A stretch of DNA of 64,000 bases from Nageia nagi. Taxonomy: Eukaryota > Plantae > Pinophyta. The notes below the pieces were generated by a model that saw nothing but the letters and a program-made list of their open reading frames with translations, made no database searches and was not told the DNA's origin. Every line of letters begins with the position of its first letter. The stretch's first letter is position 1. A program made the position numbers and the translations under genes. Of this stretch, positions 15,033 through 28,500 are shown piece by piece. The stretch lies in the NCBI GenBank assembly GCA_050084985.1, contig JBITNC010000001.1, positions 15,438,001 through 15,502,000 on the forward strand, read 5' to 3'.

Positions 15033-15730
15033 ATTGTTACATTATCTACTTAACAACTTCGAATCAATTTAACATCTATGGCAGATAATAAGATATTTTA
15101 CATATGAATGCAAAACATATGTTCCTTGTTTTTTCTTTTTAAAGGATTAATATGGAAAATGATATCATAATATCCGTCAATTTTATGTTTTGATATCACC
15201 TAAAGGTCTTTATTGGATTGCATCTTTTGAGTATAGCACCTCAGAATTTCTATAGGTCATATAAATTAAAGACTTTCATGAACACTATTCAAAATCTATA
15301 AAATATACGGATAAATTGCATTTAAAGGTAAATCCCTCTACAATCAAATCTCTCACATTTCAATTATAATATTATTTTACACAAATTTGTAAATATGTTA
15401 CAAACTATGCAAAATCATTTAACCTTAAAAATGCTCCCACAACATAGTAAATACAATTCTTTTCATTTATTAAAACTAATAAAATTGAATAATTATTATG
15501 GGATAGAAAATAATATAGTAGATAAATTTATAAATGTATTTGTATATAATGTAAAAAATAGATAAATCTTGTTGTTAATATTACATGTGAATAATATCAT
15601 TCAAATTTCTCTAAACAAATATGATTATGAATAATATTCTTTGAATGTTTCTAATATAATTTTATAACTATTTATTTTATGTTGATGTTGAAATAAAATA
15701 GAAAACATGATCTATTTCAATCAAATATAA

Positions 15731-15900
15731 AACTCTACTTGAACCACAAGCTCAGTTAGCCAATTTCTTTTATAAAATAGAAAGACCAAATAAACTTCTA
15801 ACCAATAATCAACTTCAATAAATTGTATAACTATACTTGAAGGACAAGCTCAGGAAACCAATTTATTTTATAAAATAGTGAACATTAATAAATCCACTTA
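15731..15900. repeat. Degenerate tandem duplication, about 98-bp unit, downstream of the PES stop
   Basis: aactctacttgaaccacaagctcag...tttataaaatag versus aactatacttgaaggacaagctcag...tttataaaatag. Confidence 0.65.
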
Positions 15901-16439
15901 CAAACACATGAAAAAATAGATTGTCTTGGTAGATGTTAATAAACCTAAAATGTAATAAATTATTCAATATTTTATCTGACCAATAAAGTCATGAGATTAA
16001 TATACAGTTTCTGAGTTTAGATCTACAGGCAAGAATAGAGTATGGTTACTCGTTAACCTAAGCATTTCACTAACAAACTCAGGAACAACCACCCCTTTTA
16101 AAAAGACAAATATAGTAAGACTCCTACCTCTTTACAAGAAAAAACCACTTCAAAAAACTCTATTGAGAATTACTGTTATTACATGCTTGGAAATATTCTT
16201 CTCTTGCATACCATCTCTCTAATTAGTTTCCTTTCCAAATGAGCATAAATTTGATTTCTTTTTTGGTTTTGCCCAATCAACAAGACTAACCAAAAACTGA
16301 TTAATACGATGTCTGCCTTTATCAACATGTGATTCATCTGATTCCAGGACAGATGCATTGTTTCAAACCACATGAAAACTAGAAAAAGTTGCTCTTACTA
16401 TTTGAATACATATGGAAATTGGATTTCATTCTCCTTTGA

Positions 16440-16514
16440 TCACCACCTCGGCTTTTCTTTTCTTTTTCTTTCTTCAAGGAGCTTAACACGTGCTTTCTTT
16501 TCAGCATTGCCCAT
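16440..16514 (-). CDS. PES: PES exon 14 (last coding exon, basic tail, stop)
   Basis: tag|[24 protein letters not shown]; resembles the plant PES C-terminus. Confidence 0.85.
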   Translation of the reverse strand: MGNAEKKARVKLLEERKRKEKPRW

Positions 16515-19500
16515 CTACATCAATAAGTAAAACGTTAGTCCCACGATATTCACCATTCAAGCACACATTGGGAATATAAAAGTATCTAGTTTAAGCATGC
16601 AAATACCTGGCAATCGAAGAAACTATGATACCTAAAAGCTACTATTTTTCCTTTCAAGTGTACAAAAATTATATTGACAAATGGCAAGCCATTTTACACA
16701 AATATAAAGGAGAAAGGAAGGAGCACAACCGTATTTCACTTCATAACTTTCAAATTAGAGACTCCTCATGTTTTACCATATTGCAGACTCAAAACGGTGG
16801 ACCTTGATTGTTTAAATTAGAAGAGCACATGTAGAGATATTTTTCTCCAGCTTATTCACTTCCAACAGAAAATCAAATGACCGACAAAGAATTCACAAAC
16901 AAAAATTAAATGACGGACTTCTAGTTTAGTCCATCCAATTTCGTTACTGTTAGTAGACCACAAGCTCTTCTGAGTACATTAACAATAGTATCAATTAATG
17001 CGGAACATACACATCCAAATTTCGGGGACACTCTTGGATGATGTTTTAAGGCAATGAATAAGCTACAGAAAACTCCATAAGACAGAAAAACAAGAACTGA
17101 ATCTGTTGCTAAAGTGAAGGTAAAAGTAAGCCATGTTTGGGTAAACGTATGAGCATAATTCCCTCAATAAACAAGTGCAAAATTGTTTCTTACTCATTTT
17201 AAATGTTGAAGACATAGATTCACAATTATTACCACCATCCAAATTCAAAAATATGGATAAATATGAATGCAGAAGTCTATGAGAAACATTATGCGACCAG
17301 GCATCTGAGAATTCCCTGACAAAGCGAATAGTCATTTTACATCACAGGATGCCTAAGAAACAAGCTCCTGTTTTTGTACTTTCATCAAGAGCTACCAAAA
17401 GAATTTGAAAATGACATCAAAGAAAGCTTGAAAAGTAACATTTTGGAATGAGTACTGATATATTGATTTTTGAAAGCATAAGCTTAAAATCCTTTTCAGA
17501 CCATTATTGAGTTGGCCTAAATAGGTTCAAGGAAAATTAAAACAAATCATATGGCCATCATTGATAAGCGTTTAACGGAGTATATACTATGTTTGTATTT
17601 CACAAGTCTATTTAAAGGCCCAATAGATTAATACAAACCATCTTGGAATTCAGTTTCCATATCAGTTGGTATCTAAACATTTCGCGAGGGGCAATTTCCC
17701 TATTGGAAATTCCATAGCTTTAAGCTTCAATTTTCAGTTTCTATTCTGTCCATGATTCGAATTGTGTCTGCTGTATCACACCTATGATCTCCTCATGTGC
17801 TGCTACAAAAATTCTGCATTTCTTTTGCTTTGATGATAGAAGCTTGTTGCATACTCTTCTGGAACCTTTCTTCTGAAATTGTGTCATCCTCACTGTGTGG
17901 TCTCGGTCTTCACAACTGCTGGTTGTGAGTGATTTAAGCTTAGTACAGAGCCCTTTACCGTCCTTTCTGCTTAACCTCAATCTGCCCCAAGGTACAAGCC
18001 ATCGGCAGAGACAGGGTCGTAGATATTGATATTATTGTTGCCATGCTTGGCATTGAGTACCAGTTCCCGGGGAACACCATTGAAGAGAGACCCCGACTGC
18101 CTTGACTGGTACCTACACGTAACCCCATAAGACCAACCGCTGTTGTAAGGTCACAATTTTGTTTCCAAGAAGGCAGGTGAACAGATCTCACAACCCTCGT
18201 CATATAGCCTCTATCGATAATTGTAGACGGGGTGGATTTTTAGAATCTTTCCATGAAACTAGGCTTTTATGGCATGTAGACATACGTGTGTTGGTAAGAT
18301 GATATCCCCATGACGGATGCAACTGCCAGTGACACCACTATTACCACTTTCTTGAATTTGGAAAGAGATTTCCAAAACCCTTATACCTACAATGGTTTTA
18401 GCTTCGAAGATTGTTTTCTAAGGGAAAAGTATTGCGTGTTATCTTCATTTTCTTACTGGGGATTCTTATCACTACAATGACCTCTGAAGCTCGTGCATTT
18501 TCACAGATTTGGGTATTTTCCAATTTGCATGCTCATTTTTGCATCTTATGCTTCAGGTAATTCGTACTTCACTAGCACTCTCTGAATGGGTGGGTTGTTG
18601 GCATATTCCAACAACGGGAAGTTTGAAGTCATAATTTCATCCTTCTTCTATACATTCCATTGCTTTGGCAAAAGTTTTTGATGGGAACCCCTCTCCAATC
18701 TTTAGCTTCCACTCGTTGTCACTCGTATTTTTGACATGCCAAGTTATTTCTTCTTAGGTTCCTCCTCTTATTCATTCTACGCTGTAGAGTCCAAAGCTTC
18801 CATTATTGAGAGGAATGACACGGATTAACAGAGTATACACTATGCTTAGTTAATTATATTCACACCTGTGTTTAGTTTTTTTGTTACACACTATGATTGT
18901 ACTTTATAGGGCTATTTAAAGACCCAATAGATCAATACAAACTATCTTGGAATTCAGTTTCCATACCTGTTGGTATCAGAGCATTTCGATCTTGTCTGTG
19001 AATTCAGTTTCCATATCACTCATTGTTGAATTCCATTTTAGGAAACTATAATACCAATATAAATTTTGTATTTATGATAAAGTTTTCTAAGAAACACATA
19101 CAAAATCATATAACTGACCTCAAATTTTATTTAAATATTAGGTATGCACTATTAATTGTAAGAGCATATTTCTATAAAAATGAAAGACAATTCTCATTTA
19201 TCATTCTTCTTTGAATTATCGATGCCCCATTTATCACAACAGAAGCATTTACCAGCAATTTAAAACTAATAAAATAAAAGTGATACTTCAAGATTGTCCA
19301 AAGAATTACAACTACAAAAAACTTGCATTCACTGTTGCCTCCATACAACTAATATCAAAACTTACTATCTCCATCTTTGAATTGGCACAAAAGTTGCCAA
19401 GCTGCTGCAACACCATACAGTGAAAGAACTATGTATAAAGCTAGTAAAAATGTATTAAGTAGTTATAGCTTACAAATGCCATAAGATATAAATTTATTTT

Positions 19501-22500
19501 TACGAATCTTCAGGAAAAATTACAATATTTTAATAATTCACTTTTTAAATTTTGATGTTATAATTAAAATATAAATATAAAATATCAATTATCAATTATT
19601 CATAATAAGAGACTCAACAACACCTGAAAGGATTTTAGTCAAGCGCACAAACATATCAATTATAAAATATCCCTACCTTAACTAATACTATCTTTCACTA
19701 TAAATCTAGCAAAATAAATTCAACTATAAATTAAGATTGGTGACCATGGTGGGGTTGAGCTCTCAACCAGCTCAGAGACACAGGTTCTATGCCTGCTGAG
19801 ACTTAAACCTAGGCCTTCATTTGCTAATTGCATTAAAATAAAATATTTTCTGTAAGGCCGCATACTACCAGTACTACATAGGACTTAAATAAAGTTGATC
19901 CCACTGCTATTAATTTTGTGTATTTTAGTTTTTTCAGATCATATTGAATGTTGAAACCTTCAAGACAAGGGAACATTTGAGCCTTCTTCACCATCCATCT
20001 ACCACAATGGGTTACGCCACAAAGCATGATAAGGGGAGGGAGAAGGGAGAGAGAGAGATGAAAATAATTATATAAATATACTGGTACTGCAACCAGTTAA
20101 CTAAATTTTGAAGTAAGGGGAGATATATTAATAAATAAAGGATTAATGGGAAAGGTGCTGGATTGTTTGTTGAGAATATAAGACCAAAGGATGGGCATTT
20201 TCAATGTTCTGTCTCATCAAGGATTGTAATTAGATAGAACACTTTAGTCATAAGATTTTTCAGTCCTTCAACTTGAAATTTTTGATCAAGAAGACTTCAA
20301 TACCGAAAACCACAAGAAGCCATAGTGGATAAAACCAATAAGCTAGAGCAGTTGAGACTTTCCAAGACCATAGAGTTCAGAAAAATCCTTGACTTAAGCC
20401 AACAAACAGAGTCCCGGTAACAAAACTGGGATCAGTGTTTCCATTATGACTCTGCGTAGTGGCTTTTGAACTTTTTTCTGATTTAAAATTAAAATCAAAC
20501 ATTCCCCATACATGAAAGTTCCAGAGAAATGGGTTGACAGGTTCAGTTTAGATGTTGCCAGTTGATTTTATTTATCAAGAGAAGCACAAATGCTTGACAA
20601 CAATGGCTAGCTTGGAAGACCATTAGCAAGCGTCCTGCATGTCAGCTTAGAAACAAAGCATATAAATAACCATGAACTTGTAAACATCGATTTTTTACTT
20701 GGGTCCAACAAGCACAAAAATGTATCCAAAAGACTCGATATGCCAATATCTGTATTTTTGCACCCATGAGATGCTATTACTTTGAGAAAGAGCTATTAAA
20801 CGCGTTAACTTGAGTACATTGTCATCATCATCTCACTTGCATGTTTAATCCAAGTGCACTGTTAGGAGGTAAAGTCAATATCCAGATCTTCAACATTCTT
20901 CAGCAGAGTGGTGCATGGTGGTGCAGCGTATGGCAATCCTTTTTCACACACAATTACTAAATATGGTAGTCAATAAATGCAGTTTTGGAATGCACCTTGG
21001 TATTCTGGGATTTTCCTTTGTTTTCTATAAAAAGGGAATGACCCCTTGTATTTTAAAAATGTGAAAGGGTAAAAGTTTGTTGAGATTAATAAAAGATAGA
21101 AGCTGCCATTGCCCCATGGTTTTACCTGCACACAGCAGAGTTTCCTCGTAAATCTTGTGTGTTGTTTTTGTTTCAGCTTGCTTGCTCTTAATTTTTAACA
21201 TGTGTTAAGTTTAACAATAGTAAGTTAAAGTTCCTGAAGCACTTGAAACATAAAAAGATTTTAATTGTTTTTAATACAGAATACTTCATGGTAAAAGAAC
21301 AGTTAAATTCAGCCATCAATACCCAGATAACTTGAGTCTCAAATAATCCTAAAATTCCTAAATAACGTTTGACCTAGAAAGCCAAATATCACCCTGAAAG
21401 GAGATGTATTTCATTCTTTCCAGCATACTGTCCTTTCAGAGAATGGCCCACATGTGAGTGTCCAAACAGATATCTGGCATCTAACGTTTTTATGGCAACC
21501 ATGTTTTCTAATTCCTGTCACTATTTCTTCTACTGAACCAAACCGGTTGGGTGTGTTGCAAGGAAACGATAAGTGGTGGTTCTCAAACACAAGCCTTTAC
21601 AATAGAAATTACCCTTTTTCACCAATCCACCTACCATGGACGGGCTCTCTGGCATCCATATTTTGTTTTATCAATCTTGGAACTCTTACACTTTACTTTT
21701 AGTATTGCAATGAATCAAATTCAGATTACATTTTTCTAAAAACTATTGTTTACTTCCTGTTGTCAAGTTTGTTAAGTATCACTTCTTGGAAGCACTCGGT
21801 ACTCAATGTATAAGTTACAAGTAGAACGTTCCTGTTAATTTGACACTATGTTCATCTGAAAGAATAACAAGTATACTGTTTCCATGCCCTGGAGATGATC
21901 AAACATTGCATGCCATGCTTGTAAAATTAATCTAAGACCAATACCTGCATAGCTTCATATAGCTTTCTCTTCTTCCGAAACATCATCATTTTTTTCATAT
22001 CCTTAGAGTCATCAGCATCTTTGTCCGGTCCAAAACCTGTACTTGAAGGTTTCTCTTCGTCCTGTGAAGCTTCCTGCAAGCCCTTTATCTCCTTGCCCAA
22101 AAGAGATGAAGAATATGGAATGCCTTGAAGTTCTTTTGTGAGTTCTTCTTGGTATGCCCTTTCACTGGCCATTTCCTGCAATATTGCATGACAGATTATT
22201 CCAACTGACATCTCTCTCCTTTAACAGTTACAAAACAATAAGCAGTCCATAAGCTTAAACCAAAATACGAAGCTCAGGCCATCAACCTCCAATAATCTTA
22301 GTTGAAAAAATAATAAACTCAGGATAGATTTATCATATATCTAGGAACCAAATCTACAAATCCATACCTCTCTTTGCTTTTCTGCTTCTTCATTAGCTTC
22401 ATTACGGCGAGCAATAGCATCTGCCAGCATGTTCTGTGGATCGTTCATGTCTTGATCCTCCATCCCTGGCATAGGTAAAACTTTCTTTTTGGATGCCGCT

Positions 22501-25500
22501 TGCAGGCACTTGATAGTTTCAGCATACTCTGGCATGTATCCCTCCACTTCATAATCAACAAAAGGTGACAGATGAGGTGGAGGAGGTCTGGTGCAAGCAT
22601 GTAAGAAATATTAACAAGGGTGTTAAGGGTCATTCATAAAATAAATCATTGTACCAAACCAAGTGAATCATCATTGCGCAATAAATATCTGATGTAAACA
22701 AAAAAAGCCACAGCATATAAATAATTTAATCAACATTCTAGAAGTCACTTCTTAGAGAACATTAAAATTTTGCCATAACAATCCACGTACTTGAAGAATA
22801 TTCTGAACTATAAGACAGGGATAAATCATGAGAATGAACACTGTGCAGCTCCCCTTTTTGTGATCTATCACAGATCCTCAAATTATCATACTCAACATCA
22901 ACATTTAACTGAAATAATTGTTATTTAAAGAGCATGGATAAAGGTGTTAAAAGTCTTTTGAAAAATTAAAAAATAACATTAGACACAAGAACTCTATACT
23001 GGCAATACAACAGAGGTCATCCACAAAGTTCCGGGACATGGTTAAGTCTACAATTGAGCAATATAAGCAGCTTGAGAATAAATAATAAAAGACTTCCTAC
23101 TTCTCATATTTTGAAGTCTGCCACAGACCTTTGAATAAACAAGAAATATCTATAAGACAGACTATCTGTTGAACTCAACCTCAAAATTGAGCTGAGTATT
23201 TGGAAATAAAGCCTTATTTCTGTATTTGCACTTGTAAAGATGATAAATGAAGAACATTCTTCACAAATTACACTCTTGAAATTGAAAATTATAGTGGCAA
23301 CTGATCACAGCAAATTGTTTAAAGCAATACCAACTGATGTTCAAGTCACCAATCATGCATGTTTGACTAATAACAGCTATGTCAGGGTCCGACTTAGAAA
23401 AATTAAAAATTGATAAAGAGTTGCAAAAAAAAAAAAGATATTTATACCCAACATAATCCAAGATATCAGTAAGAAAGATCTCAACAAATAAACAATACAA
23501 TTATTAGAGAATCTACCTTCCAACCAAGTACTTTTCTGTAGGCAGGATAACACGAACATTGACGCAATCATAAATCCATTGAGGTTGAACATAGTCCCTT
23601 GACAAAAACTTATGACCCTGAGTTGGACGATCCACAATCTGTAGAAAACTATCCACCAGTCAGGACTTGTACAAAATTGCCATAACCAAAAGCTCCTGAA
23701 TAAGATAACAACAATTAATGCTGACAATTTAAATGCTTTAGCAATTTGCAGCTAATGAAAGATAAATATCTATTAAAAAAGAAAGTCAATCTAAATACAG
23801 CATTTGTGGGGTAAGTCTTATAATACCTGGTGTGTAACACTTTCATCTGTCTCTTTAAAAGGAGCTCCATCACCATCCCATGAAACCATGCCACCAAAAG
23901 CCGGAATCACAAATAATAGCGACTCTCTTGGAACCTGTAGTAATGAATAACAATAGAAAACCTGTCTCATACCTAAAAGTCCATATATAACCTTTATACA
24001 ATTCTTCTAAAGAAGGATAATTTATAACCAATTTCTTTGGAAGTATACAGATGAAATCAGAAAATCCAAATTACCATGTTTGCAAGAAGTGATGGTTTAA
24101 CAGCATAGGCCCAATTAAGGTTAAAGTTACTTCGAAGAATAAAGTGTGCTGTTCACTTGGATTACAGCCATTTGAGTCAATGTATGGGTTCAACACCAGA
24201 AAGAAAACTCATTTTGTTATAGAAATCTGTAACATTCCAAAATGGAAATTACATAATTAAATAAATCTCAAAAACATATTTTGTAATTTATTAGGAGTGA
24301 TTTTGCATTTTAATTGTATTTGCCCCTCTTTTAGTAAAGAGTAAGCCCATTTATTATTTAATTAAATAATTCAAGGCTAATTGTGAGCCCCACATGGGAC
24401 ATTGAGCCTTCTTGAGTAGGATAGGAGTATTTTAAGTCATCTAGGAGTGAATATACGAATCCCAAGGGAGATTCATAAGCCCTACAGTGCAACATCCAAG
24501 TCATGCATGACCTGGAGATGATTTAGGGGACTTCAAGCTGGACGTCTAGCCTAGAAGTGTGACATCAAGCTATAAGGAGTAGTGGACACATGGTTGAGGG
24601 ATATCTTTGGACATCTAATCTTGTTTTTTCCAGTTTCGCCTTTTTACAGCATTGTTCTCAGGATCAAAAATCTCATCAAGCTTTCGTGCCCTAGGTGGAG
24701 CCTCATCAAGCTCCTGCCATTCTTGGAGCCTCATTAAGCTCCGAATATCTTGTGACGTCAGCCTACTAGGGAAATTGTTGAAGTGTGGGAGCATCAGATT
24801 TGGCTTTCCAACCAGACGTCTAGCCTTTTGAGGCCTTGTTTCTGTATTTCCGGGATTTGTAGTGAGAAGTCAAGCCCCAGGGACAATTTTGGATGCTTTC
24901 TACTTGTCTTTTAAGCATAATAATATCAAATCTAATTCCTTTGTGTCCAAATTTGGCATTTCTTGCATTTTCTTGATATAATTTGAGGTAATTCCTAATT
25001 TTTATAATTTGGAATGTTACAAATGGTATCAGAGCAATGATCTTGCCACCTATGATGTCAACTCGCTACAACAATAGATATTTTCTAAGATGAGAAGAGA
25101 GAAGCCGAATCCACCTGTCCATCAGGAGGAAAATCAGGAAGAAGGGTGTGAAGAGATGGTAAAGCATAGCAAGGAAGAAAATATGCACTAGGAAGAGGAA
25201 GAGATTTCGAAGGATGGGTGGAATGTAGAAAGGAGAAGATCTCTTAGTCCAGATTCGAAGGAAAGTAAGGAGAGATTCGACTTGTTGATTGACTTATTGA
25301 CACAATTGGTGACCCAGAATGCTTCTCAAACACCCAAAGGGAGGAGAACTCGTGAACCGTCGCCAAATTTGGAGGAAGGGGCACCGTTTCTCAATAGATC
25401 CGGTTTTGCAAGAGAACCAAGGAATAAGCATGACCTTGGAGCATCATCCCTCCATAGCTCAACATCGGTAGGAGAAAGAGATCCGTGAAATGAGGACAAA

Positions 25501-28500
25501 GTGGGAGTTCAGCAGAATCCAAGGAAGGAAAGGAGTCCTTCATTGCATATGCAGGGACAAAAATCTGAATGGATCATCCAAATTCGTGCATATTCTACTA
25601 GAAGACATGGATCCACCACCCATACCTAAGCCGTCCAAACCCATGTTCATCCAACGGCCTATGAAACATGGAGGAGATCCGAATTTGGTGGATTCCATGG
25701 AATTGAATTCACTATTCCATCAATATCAAGCCATAGATCTGGAATTCAAGGTGGTTGTGAGTTTTGAAAGTTACCTGCAAATTCTAGGGAAGAAGGTGGA
25801 AGAAATGTCCACAATGAGGGAGTTTTGGTTCCGAAAGAAGAGATTTGCAGCAACGACTGAGTAGGATGCAAGTGCCTATGTATGATGGAGAAGAAAAGAT
25901 GATGACTAGGGCATGGTTGCAGAAATTGCAAACCTACTTTACTCTCAACCCTATGATTGAGGAAGACGCGATTCAATTTGCTATGCTTCATCTAGAAGGA
26001 GTAGCATATGATTGGTGGCACCAAGGCCTAATCACACAAGGCCACAACTCTATCCAAACCTTCAATGAGTTTGGAAGGATACTCATCAATCGATTTGATC
26101 AAAACGATAAAAATGAGTATTTTTAGGATTTGGCCACATTAAAGCAGAAGGGGACGGTGAAGTCATTCATTACCGAGTTTCAGAGAATAGCAATCATGGT
26201 ACCATGTTTTTGACAAAAGGGTGACATTTATGTTCATGGAAGGACTTGAAGAGCCATTGAGAGGGATGGTGAAAGCTTTTTGGCCCACATCTCTCCAAGA
26301 TGCCATCATGAGAGCATTAACGTTGAAGCCTTCTATGAGATGGACCTCATTTGCTTCTAGATCCAACGCCAACACGGTCAAATCATCACAAAAGGGAAGA
26401 ACAAACTTGGAGAAAAGTTCATTGCAGTTGGGAAAGGGCCAAAATTCCAAAACTTGGATGAAGAAACATGTAGTGAGTTGAGAAGGAAGAATTTGCGTTT
26501 TAATTGCACGAAACCATGGGACTGTGGCCATTGTTGCTTGGGAAAAGGTCAGGTTCACTTGATTGACGTGATCTTAGATGAAGATGATTTAGACCTAGAG
26601 TTGGAGCTTGGAGATCTAGGTCCAAAACAATCGGAACATGGACATCAACACCCTAGCACCTATAAGGGGGCATACCAAAGCAAAGATTTTGAGCATAAAT
26701 CTAATAATATCAAATCTAATTCCTTTGTGTCCAAATTTGTCATTTCTTGCATTTTCTTGATATAATTTGTGGTAATTCCTAATTTTTATAATTTGCAATA
26801 TTAAAAATGGTATCAAAGCAAAGATCTTGCCACCTATGATGTCACCTCGCTACAATAATAGATATTTTCCGAGGAGGGGAGATGTAATATTCTGCAACCT
26901 ACACCAAATTTCGAGGAGTGGAGATATAACATTCCCAAATGGAAATTACATAATTAAATAAATCTCAAAAATATATTTTGTAATTTATAAGGAGTGATTT
27001 TGCATTTTAATTGTATTTGCCCCTCTTTTAGTAAAGAGTAGGCCCATTTATTATTTAATTAAATAATTCAAGGCTATTAAGTATGAAGCCCCACGTGGGA
27101 CATTGAGCCTTCTTGAGTAGGATAGGAGTTTTGATTATCATCTAGGAGTGATTTTACAGATTCCAAGGGAAATTCATAAGTCATATAGTGCAATGTCCAA
27201 GTCATGCATGACCTGGAGATGATTTCGGGGACTTCAAGGTGGATGTCTAGCCTAGGAGTGTGATGTCAAGCTATAAGGAGTAATGGATGCATGGTTGAGG
27301 GATATCTTTGGACATCTAATCTTCTATTTGCCAATTTGGCCTTTTTACACCATTGTTCTCAAGATCGAAAGCCTTATCAAGCTCCTCCCATTCTTGTAGC
27401 CTCATTAAGCTCCAATATCAGATCCGAGAGTTCATCAACTAGGAAGTGTGACGTCAACCTACTGGGTAAATTGTTGGAGTATGAAAGCATCAGATCTAGC
27501 CTTCCAACCAAACGTCTAGCCTTCTAAGGCCTTGTTTTTGCATTTCAAGGATTTGTATTGGGACATCCAACCCTAGGGGCCATTTTGGATGCTTTGTACT
27601 TGTCTTTGAAGAATAATAATATCAAATCTTATTCCTTTGTGTCCAAATTTGACATTTCTTGCATTTTCTTGATATTATTTATGGTAATTCCTAATTTTTA
27701 TAATTTGGAATGTTACAAAATCTCTTTACCCAATAACCTTTATTGTATTTAGTTTTTCTTTTTATTGATTATTTCTTCACTTAACTTGTATAACCAAAAG
27801 TTTCAAAAGTATATTAAGTTGGTCATAACTATGTTAGAAATTTGGATTCACTCAATAATCGTTTGGGTTGAAACTTTTGAAATTTGGCCATTTGGAGAAT
27901 ATTTGACAAATAAATCAGCAAAAAAAATGGCAAATTAAAAATGAAAAATATACTAAATATATATAAAATGCATCAAATGGTGAGTATTAAGCAATTGTTT
28001 AGGAATATTAAGATATCATTCGGAAAAAATTGCATGTTATTAAAATATGCAATTTTTGCTGAATTTTTAAATGATTATTCACTTTCATTGACTTAGTAAG
28101 AAAGAAAGTATATTAATGTCCACAGATCACCAAAAGCGGTCAATGGGACTAGCGTATACAATCATGTGCTAGTAGCTAGTGTAACCCCTAATGGGCCCAA
28201 TCTAAGAAAAGTACAAAGAAAATATCATAAGCACAAATAAATCCGAACAATAAGAATCAAACCCTAAAAAGGGAGAGATATACAAAGAGACGGTCAAGAA
28301 AGGGTCGTCTTGGGTCTCTACGAGGAGGAGCCTATGGGTGCTCTCTGCACTGTAGAGAGATCTCACTCATTCGTAGGGGTCACTCCTAAAGCCTTGCTGC
28401 TGGAAGGGAAGAAACATGAGATTTGGTGTGTCCTCAATGGAGCCTGAGTGTCAAGAAGGTGTCTCCTAATACAACGTGTGGGGAGTGAGGGCTCATCTCT

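Noticed and set aside
18283-18390. Chromodomain remnant in the TRIM-like element (VLVR*..PMTDAT)
   Set aside because: Too short and needs a frameshift; unsupported without an HMM search.
19741-19815. tRNA/SINE-like stretch
   Set aside because: No convincing A/B boxes or cloverleaf.
27825-28095. MITE-like fragment possibly split by the LINE (cataactatg at 27825 and about 29970)
   Set aside because: No demonstrable TIR pair or TSD.
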